Both the position numbers and the translations under genes were made by a program. A model generated the notes under the pieces. The model saw nothing but the letters and a program-made list of their open reading frames with translations. It did not search any database and was not told where the DNA came from. 64,000 bases of DNA, taken from positions 352,001 to 416,000 of the forward strand of contig CALSNU010000006.1 of the NCBI GenBank assembly GCA_943787795.1. Direction: 5' to 3'. This DNA comes from an uncultured bacterium. Lineage in GTDB: Bacteria > Planctomycetota > UBA1135 > GCA-002686595. This document shows, piece by piece, positions 57,611-64,000 of this stretch (positions within the stretch are counted from its first letter, which is position 1; each line of letters starts with the position of its first letter).

Positions 57611-57904
57611 CCGGGCGCTGGCCGAGTGCGGCCGCCAGAGGGTGACGCCTCATCGCCCCGGCCCCGGGGTGGCGAGGCGTCATCCCGTTCCATGCCCTCC
57701 CTCCAGCCCCCCCAGGCTGGCCGGTCGGCCTTCGGTCAAGATCCACGAGCTCGGCGGGCCGAACAGCCATGTCCATCGGATCAGCCAGCCCGAGGGCCTC
57801 TTCGGGTCGGCGCTCGGGGAGGCGCAGGGCCCCCGCGCCATTGCGGCGCTCCCGCAGAGCGCGCGCGGCCCCTGGCCGGGCGCCAGGTGGCGCCACCGTC
57901 TCGG

Positions 57905-57997
57905 TCAACGGCTCGGCACGAGGTCCAGCTGGACCGGTCGGTGGTCGGAGATCAGCGGTTCGTCGAGCACCCGCACGCGGGCATCGGCTCCCTGAGG
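57905..57997 (-). pseudogene. Orphan 3'-terminal fragment of an EEP-family gene
   Basis: 57970..57917 translates to VLDEPLISDHRPVQLDLV, identical to the EEP C-terminus at 60544..60491; TGA at 57907-57905. Confidence 0.8.
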
Positions 57998-58009
57998 CGC
58001 GACCGAGCC

Positions 58010-58504
58010 TCAGCCCCCGTGGTCCTGCACCGTCAAGAGAAGGCGCAGGTCCAACTCCAACCGGTGGTACTCCGGCTCCATGTGCGTGCACAGTCGATAG
58101 AAGTCCCGCGAGTGATCCGCGTGCTTCGTGTGCGCGAGCTCATGCACCACGATCATGCGCAGGAACTCGGGCGCCACCTCCCTGAACAGCCCCGCGACGC
58201 GGAGCTCCCTGCGCTTGTGGACCCGGCGCCCGTGGGTACGCGTGACCGTCGTGTGCAGCCCGAGCGCGTTCTCGACCACCTGGAGTCGGTCGTCATAGAG
58301 GACCTTGCCCAGGGGCGGTGCGGTCCGCAGGTGGCGAGCCTTCAGCTCCTGCACGTAGTCGTGCAGGTCCCTGTTGGAGCGAATGTCATGCCTCCCGGGA
58401 TACCGCGACGCCAGGAGGGGTCCCAGCTCCCCCGCCTCGAGGAGCGCCCCGGCCTGCCCCTGAAGCTCGGGCGGGTATCCGGAGAGGTAGGGCAGAGGTT
58501 TCAT
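58010..58504 (-). CDS. ygjP: YgjP-like metal-dependent hydrolase (DUF45/M48-like)
   Basis: LPYLSGYP, NALGLHT..TRTHG, PEFLRMIVVHELAH.K..DH...FY.LC.HMEP.YH.LE.DLRL motifs; 164 aa. Confidence 0.88.
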   Translation of the reverse strand: MKPLPYLSGYPPELQGQAGALLEAGELGPLLASRYPGRHDIRSNRDLHDYVQELKARHLRTAPPLGKVLYDDRLQVVENALGLHTTVTRTHGRRVHKRRELRVAGLFREVAPEFLRMIVVHELAHTKHADHSRDFYRLCTHMEPEYHRLELDLRLLLTVQDHGG

Positions 58505-58576
58505 ATGGGTACCCGCGCAGGCGGAGCCTACATACCGTGCCGTGCCGACCCCCTTCCGAGTAGCCTTGCGATCCCT

Positions 58577-58834
58577 ATGGAGATCAAGAACACCACCACC
58601 GCCCCCGTCCGCGTCCCGCTCCCTGCCGGCAAGCGCCTCTTTCTCAGCCCAGGCGGGAAGGCCAAGATCGCCAACAAGGCCACCGAGCACCCCCCGGTCA
58701 AGGCCCTGATCGAAGCTGGGACCCTCGAGCTCCTCGATGGCGGCAAGTCGAAGAAGGGGGCCAGCGCCAAGGGTGGCGTGGGCCCGAGCCAGGACCACTC
58801 CGGCGGCGGCGTGCGCCACACCGGCGACCGGTAG
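58577..58834 (+). CDS. Small basic hypothetical protein (85 aa)
   Basis: MEIKNTTTAPVRVPLPAGKRLFLSPGGK...; strong GC3 bias. Confidence 0.7.
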   Translation: MEIKNTTTAPVRVPLPAGKRLFLSPGGKAKIANKATEHPPVKALIEAGTLELLDGGKSKKGASAKGGVGPSQDHSGGGVRHTGDR

Positions 58835-58861
58835 ACGAAGAGCTGCCCTGCTGGGAGCCTG

Positions 58862-58925
58862 CCTGTCCGTCGAGGCCCCTGTCCGTCGAGGACCCTGTCC
58901 GCCAAGGCCCCTGTCCGCCGAGGCC
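58862..58925. repeat. 16-bp tandem repeat CCTGTCCGTCGAGGCC-like x4
   Basis: Read directly after the small ORF stop. Confidence 0.85.
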
Positions 58926-59166
58926 GCGCCCCTGCCCCCGACCGAGCGGTCTCGGCGCCGTCCCCACGGGCGTGATCGAGGTCTCGGACGAGCAGGCGCT
59001 CAGCGTCGCCGCTGCGATCTGGCCATCGATCGATCCACCCTGTTACGTTGCGACTCTGATGCCCGCAGGAGCGCGCCCCGTCCTCCCTCAAGTTCCCACC
59101 TCGAGCCAACCGCTCATCCTCCGCCGCCCGCAGCACAGGGCGTCTGGCCCCCTTCCCGCCCACGCC

Positions 59167-60393
59167 ATGGTCCTCCTCGCGAGCCTCCTCCTCCCGATCC
59201 TCACGCCCGCGCTTCCTATCTCCGAGGGCGACGGCGAGACCTGGCCCCAGTGGGACGGCCCGACCCGCAGCGGCATCTCCACCGAGACCGCATGGACCTC
59301 GGAGGGCAAGGCTGAAGACCTCTGGCGGGTCGAGCTTGGCCTCGGATACTCGACGGTCAGCGTCGCCGAGGGGCGGCTCTTCACCATGGGGTACGACAAG
59401 GAGAGCGGCCTCGATTCGGTCTGGTGCCTTGACCCCTTGACCGGTGAGACCCTCTGGCAACACAGCTACCCGAGCAAGATCTGGGACCGCGCGCACGAGG
59501 GCGGGACGGTCAACACGCCATCTGTCGACGGGCCGGTGGTCTTCTCGCTCAACCGGGAGGGCAACCTCTTCTGCCTGAAGGCCGAGAGCGGCGAGGTGGT
59601 CTGGCACAACTTCCTGATGGCAGAGGGCAACGAGCACGACCTCGAGTATCCGACCTGGGGCTTCAGCGGGTCGCCGCTCCTCGTGGGCGACGCCATGTTC
59701 CTCAACTGCGGCCGCATCATGTCGATCGACAGGAAGACCGGCGACGTCCTCTGGATCTCGAAGGACTACGGCCACGGCTACGGCACCCCGATCGCGTACG
59801 AGCTCGATGGGAAGGGCGTCATCGCAGCCCTCAACGGCACCCGCCTGTGCATCGTCAGCCAGGAGGACGGCGCCGAGATCGCGTCGTACGAGTTCAACGG
59901 CAAGCAGCGCGGCATCAACGCCGCGACGCCGGTGAAGATCGACGACACGCTGTTCGTCTCCTCCGGAACGCTCCCCGCCGGCGCACGCTTCGCCCTCGAG
60001 GAGGGCGAGCTGGTGCCCGTCTGGCAGAACCGCGAGATGGTCAACTCGTTCTCGGGCTGCGTGAGGGTCGGGGAGCACCTGTTTGGATTCGACAAGCAGA
60101 TTCTCAAGTGCATCGACTTCAAAGGCGAGCCCGCCTGGGCCGAGCGGGGCATCGGCAATGGAGCGGTGCTCGCTGCCGGGGAGCGACTGCTCGTCATGGG
60201 CGGCACCGGGGAGCTGATCATCGCCAAGGCAACGCCCGATAAGTACGAGGAGCTCTCCCGCGCCCCGCTGTTTGACGCGGGCCGCTACTGGACCAAGCCG
60301 ATCCTCGTGAACGGCATCGTCTACTGCCGGAGCAGCAAGGGAGAACTGGTCGCACGAGACCACCGAGAGTCGGCTCCCAGCCCCCCCCGCTAA
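59167..60393 (+). CDS. PQQ-binding-like beta-propeller repeat protein (BamB-like)
   Basis: Signal-like N-terminus; WPQWDGP.RSG, CLDPLTGETLW, CLKAESGEVVW and TGDVLW repeats. Confidence 0.88.
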   Translation: MVLLASLLLPILTPALPISEGDGETWPQWDGPTRSGISTETAWTSEGKAEDLWRVELGLGYSTVSVAEGRLFTMGYDKESGLDSVWCLDPLTGETLWQHSYPSKIWDRAHEGGTVNTPSVDGPVVFSLNREGNLFCLKAESGEVVWHNFLMAEGNEHDLEYPTWGFSGSPLLVGDAMFLNCGRIMSIDRKTGDVLWISKDYGHGYGTPIAYELDGKGVIAALNGTRLCIVSQEDGAEIASYEFNGKQRGINAATPVKIDDTLFVSSGTLPAGARFALEEGELVPVWQNREMVNSFSGCVRVGEHLFGFDKQILKCIDFKGEPAWAERGIGNGAVLAAGERLLVMGGTGELIIAKATPDKYEELSRAPLFDAGRYWTKPILVNGIVYCRSSKGELVARDHRESAPSPPR

Positions 60394-60478
60394 CGGAAGG
60401 CTCCCAGGAGAGCTAGCCTCCTCGAGGCCGGCCGCCCCCCCCGCCTCCGACGGACCCACCCGGCCGGTCTCGCCGGTC

Positions 60479-61297
60479 CTATTCGTCCAGCACCAGGTCC
60501 AGCTGCACGGGCCGGTGATCGGAGATCAGGGGCTCGTCCAGGACCGACACCTGGGCGCCGGGGAAGGCGCCCACCGGGGCGATGAGGAAGTGGTCGATGG
60601 TCCGGTCCGGGGCGTCGGCGGGGAAGGTCGGTGCGGCGGGGCCCACGCGGCCGAAGGCGCTCCAGCCCTGGAGGAGCGCGAGGGTGCGGCTCTCCGGGAC
60701 GTCGTTCAGGTCGCCGCCCAGGATCACCGGACCAGGCGCCTCCGGGCCCTCCTCGCCCTCGACGATCAGCGCCTCCAGCAACGCCCGCGCCTGGGCCACG
60801 CGGCGCTCGTCGTCCGCCAGCCAGTCCAGGTGAGCGTTGGCCACGCGCAAGGGCGCGCCGTCGACCTCGAGCGTCACGACCAGGGCCGAGCGCGGCTCAC
60901 GCGTGCCGGCAGGGAGCTTGATCACCTCGGCCTCCATCACCCGCGGCGCTGCGAGGATCGCGAGCCCATAGCGTCCCCCCTGGAAGTCCATGAAGGGCGC
61001 GAAGTGAGCGGTCATCCCCAGGCGTTCTCCGAGCACCGTCGCCTGATCCACCCCACCCGACCGTGATGCGTGTTCATCCACCTCCTGGAGCAGCACAACG
61101 TCCGCGCCGGTGGCCTCCAGATAGTCCCCCACCCGCTCGAGGTCCAGGGCGCCGTCCATGCCGAGGCCGTGCTTGATGTTGTAGGACACCAGGCGAAGGG
61201 AGGCCGGAGGCGCCGGCGCAGGAGCCGGCCTAGAATCCGGCGCAGAACCCGGCGCCAAGCAGCTCGCCAGGAGGAGCATGGGGAGGAGGATTCTCAT
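60479..61297 (-). CDS. Endonuclease/exonuclease/phosphatase (EEP) family lipoprotein
   Basis: LLASC lipobox; SYNI, DVVLLQEVD, NAHL, GGDLN, IDH and SDHRPV motifs. Confidence 0.92.
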   Translation of the reverse strand: MRILLPMLLLASCLAPGSAPDSRPAPAPAPPASLRLVSYNIKHGLGMDGALDLERVGDYLEATGADVVLLQEVDEHASRSGGVDQATVLGERLGMTAHFAPFMDFQGGRYGLAILAAPRVMEAEVIKLPAGTREPRSALVVTLEVDGAPLRVANAHLDWLADDERRVAQARALLEALIVEGEEGPEAPGPVILGGDLNDVPESRTLALLQGWSAFGRVGPAAPTFPADAPDRTIDHFLIAPVGAFPGAQVSVLDEPLISDHRPVQLDLVLDE

Positions 61298-61351
61298 GGC
61301 CCCATCGTGCCCCGGCGATCGGGCCAGAGTCCAGCGCCGCGCCCTCCTTCG

Positions 61352-61402
61352 GCGCCGGGCCACTTGCCGCGCCGGGCCACTTGCCGCGCCGGGCCACTCG
61401 AC
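61352..61402. repeat. 17-bp tandem repeat GCGCCGGGCCACTTGCC-like x3
   Basis: Read directly upstream of the EEP gene. Confidence 0.75.
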
Positions 61403-61628
61403 GCGCCTTGCAGCCAGGCGCCGTGCCACATCTCCAGCCGCGCGTGACCTCCGGGTCACAGGAGCGGCCAGGGCGCAGCCGGCCATCACCATGCGGTCCG
61501 TTGCGCCCAGCTCCACGGACGCATCAGGTGTCCTACCCCAGCGACCGGGAGCGCGAGCCGCCAGCGCCCGACAGACTTCGTCGCTTCATCTCCCTTGGGG
61601 GCGTGGGAGCCAAAACGTGGCGCCCCCC

Positions 61629-62297
61629 CTACTCGATCGGGATCTGCACCTCGTTGCGCCGAAGGAACGGGATCGTCCACGGCGGGTCGTAGGCGGCTGA
61701 GCGCGGGGCGTCGGTCGCCACGAGGCCCCTCTCCGACATCCACGCCCGCAGGCGTTCGGTCTGCTCCTCGATCTTCCGGGTCGAGCGGAGACCCGAGTAG
61801 CGCACCACCGCGACCTTGAGGCCCCTCGCACGGGCCAGCTCGACGGTCGGGTCGGTCGGCACGGGTAAGGTCTCCATGGTGTACTCGCGCGGCAGCACGA
61901 AGGTCTGAACCCAGGTGCCCTCGGCGGACTCCTCCTGGAAGACCGGGGTGGTCATCGCGATCGACTCGCTCTCCGATGCCCCCGACGACTTGAGCTCTTC
62001 CTGGAGCACCGGCGTGGTCATCGCGACGCTGTCGCGGGTGACGTTCTTGCCGAAGATGTAGCCCCCCAGGCGCCGGAAGGCGGCGCTGCCCGCCTCGCTC
62101 ATGTCGCCCCTTGTGACCGTCCGCGCGACGAGCGCGTCCTCGTACTGGCGCACCTCAAACTTGCCGTCGTCGAGGAGAAGCTCGTACGCCGCCTCCTCGT
62201 AGCCAGAGCGGATACCGAAGATGGAGCCGCCCCCGAGCAGGCCCCCCACAAGCGCCGCACCGAGCGCCCCGAGGCCGAATTTGGTTCGTTTCTTCAT
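61629..62297 (-). CDS. SOUL heme-binding protein
   Basis: FEVRQY, AFRRLGGYIFGKN, IAMTTPV (twice), LPVPTD and YDPPWTIPFLRRNEV motifs. Confidence 0.93.
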   Translation of the reverse strand: MKKRTKFGLGALGAALVGGLLGGGSIFGIRSGYEEAAYELLLDDGKFEVRQYEDALVARTVTRGDMSEAGSAAFRRLGGYIFGKNVTRDSVAMTTPVLQEELKSSGASESESIAMTTPVFQEESAEGTWVQTFVLPREYTMETLPVPTDPTVELARARGLKVAVVRYSGLRSTRKIEEQTERLRAWMSERGLVATDAPRSAAYDPPWTIPFLRRNEVQIPIE

Positions 62298-62571
62298 GGA
62301 GAATTCCCCCAGGGGGGGGTCGCCGGATCAGCAGACTAAGGGAGGGGGTGGACCGGGCGATGACCAGACCTGAGGTCCCGGAGCACCGCGCTGTAAGAGC
62401 TGAGATCTGGAGGGCCAGGGACCCGCGACCTGCGTGGGGCGGACGCGGTCGAAGGGGAGGCCGAGGCGACGGCCGAGGGAGTCTTCCGCCTCCCTCGGCC
62501 TGGACCCGCTGGAGAATCTGGACACCGAGAGCCGGCCACGCGCCGGGCGCCCTCCGCCCACCAGAGCGCCT

Positions 62572-63156
62572 CTACCGAAGCCTTGACCGCGCCCTGTTCT
62601 TCAGCGCCCTCAGGGGCTGTCCAACGCTCCTGATCCCGTTGATCGTCGTGAGGAGGATCTTCTCGGCGCGGGAGAGGCCCTGCGGATGAAACTCGCCGAT
62701 CAAACGGTAGACGTGATAGCGCGTGACGATCTTCGCAATCTGCCAGACCGGGGAAGCCTCAAGGCTCCGGAGGGAGACCCTCTCGAAGTCCGTCATCCCG
62801 AGCCGGCCGGAACTCGAGACGAGAAGGTCTCGAAGGGGCATGGCGTGCCGAGCGACGCCTCTGGCCAGCAGCTGATCGACGAGTCCGCGGAGCTGTACCA
62901 ACTCGTCCTCACCGAGCGACGTCGGCGTACCGCCCGGGAGCCGCGTCATCTCCACCGTGAGGCTCTGCTCATCGAACGAGAGCAGCTGCGGAAATCCCTC
63001 CGAGCCAAGGAGCCGCTCCAGAGCGCGCCGCTCACAGGAGAAGCGGGCCTCGGCCTTGCGGCTCTGCTTGAAGGTCTTCCTGACCGTGGCCTCGTCGATC
63101 CGCACGTGCATCTTCCCCGTCTCGTAGACGCCGTCGCGGACCTGCTTGTGCTTCAC
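62572..63156 (-). CDS. Small protein-kinase-like protein (atypical catalytic loop)
   Basis: VRK, E.RALERL, FPQLL, MTRLPG, RGVA and DFE kinase-fold pattern. Confidence 0.65.
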   Translation of the reverse strand: MKHKQVRDGVYETGKMHVRIDEATVRKTFKQSRKAEARFSCERRALERLLGSEGFPQLLSFDEQSLTVEMTRLPGGTPTSLGEDELVQLRGLVDQLLARGVARHAMPLRDLLVSSSGRLGMTDFERVSLRSLEASPVWQIAKIVTRYHVYRLIGEFHPQGLSRAEKILLTTINGIRSVGQPLRALKNRARSRLR

Positions 63157-63851
63157 CCGCAGAGCCTAACGGCTTCGACTTCCGCCCGACCATCAGGCCA
63201 GGACGTATGCGAAGCAGGCCGCCACTCAGACCCTGCAACAGGCGGAAGCGTGGCGGCTTAGGTGGATCACGGGACCTCGCCGCATCGCTGGCAGCGGACG
63301 CCTGGTCGCCCAAGCGGTGGAATGGAGGACCATGCGACCGCTCGGCGCCTCCTTGCCTGCACCGGCCCTCACTGCCCCTCCCGGCCCCTCCCGGCCCTCC
63401 TCGCCCCTCCCCGGCTCTCCTCGGCCCCCTGACTTCCCCCTGGCTCCGACCCGTAGCGGCCCTCGCGTGCCACCGGGACCCGCACCGACACGAGGGTGCC
63501 GATCTCAGCTCCGCGGGTCTCCACTCGAGGTCGCGCACCGCCCGAATCACGGACGAAGCCCGACCCATTGGCCATCCTTCGACGGCGAGGTCGAGGGCCT
63601 CGGTGACGCCCGTCGAGGCTCCCGACAGATCTTGAGCGCTTGAGGCCCACCGAACCTCCCCACCCAACGGGTAGCTTGGTACTCTCTGCCGCCGCTTCAA
63701 CCTCAGGGAGCTTGCTCGGGGCCTTCTGGCCACCGAGCCATGTCCGGCTCTACCGGTCCCAGGCCGCCGGGCTGCTACCTTCACGGGCCGGGCTCTCCTT
63801 GCCCCCCTCTTGCCACTCCTCCGTCGCCTACTGGCCCATGGGCCCATATCG

Positions 63852-64000
63852 ATGTCACGGATCACTCGAGTCACCGTCCTGCTGGTCACCCTGGCAGGTG
63901 TAGTGCTCGCGACCTCCTGCGCGAGGCCGAGCCAGGAAGGGGGTAACCCCTCCGACGCCGCGACCGGCCCACTCCCCCCTTCTCTGACCGTGCTGCAAGC
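63852..64000 (+). CDS. Putative lipoprotein (partial, runs off the right edge)
   Basis: Manual translation MSRITRVTVLLVTLAGVVLATSCARPSQ...; open to the window end. Confidence 0.6.
   Translation, partial: MSRITRVTVLLVTLAGVVLATSCARPSQEGGNPSDAATGPLPPSLTVLQ

Noticed and set aside
39648..62297. ChaN, SOUL and NRDE/TANGO2 as one heme-handling system
   Set aside because: They are dispersed over about 30 kb in unrelated operons, with no heme transporter or receptor nearby.
63160..63850. ORFs of 87-285 aa in this gap
   Set aside because: They are low-complexity Pro/Arg-rich translations with no recognisable motif, so I treated the gap as intergenic or eroded sequence.

Overview
This is a high-GC bacterial chromosomal window. 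The gene content (PQQ-propeller, QW-repeat and porin families) suggests a Planctomycetota-like organism, which is an inference. It holds about 50 CDSs. I found no rRNA, tRNA, CRISPR array or transposase/integrase. Recognisable genes: ribD, mdh, an SGNH + MBOAT (AlgI-like) pair, miaB, a queD-ABC transporter operon divergent from folB/folK, eboA-eboB in a non-canonical operon, pruA, boxR-boxC-boxB (no boxA), an ALDH7-type dehydrogenase, ettA, a porin and several secreted proteins. The best candidate for an undescribed system is the + strand run at 26.7-35.8 kb. It encodes two tandem radical SAM paralogs, an ankyrin protein, a degenerate DapA-like protein, a PlsC/OlsA-like acyltransferase, an NRDE/TANGO2 protein, a three-domain alpha/beta-hydrolase-DedA-ATP-grasp protein and an OlsB-like N-acyltransferase, and I infer an extended aminolipid pathway. 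The 10.8-15.3 kb stretch has a cluster of single-base indels that are probably sequencing errors and that also put two apparent gene fusions in doubt. A synonymously diverged copy of the 3' end of the EEP gene lies 2.6 kb downstream of that gene. All family assignments come from motif recognition by eye; no database searches were run.
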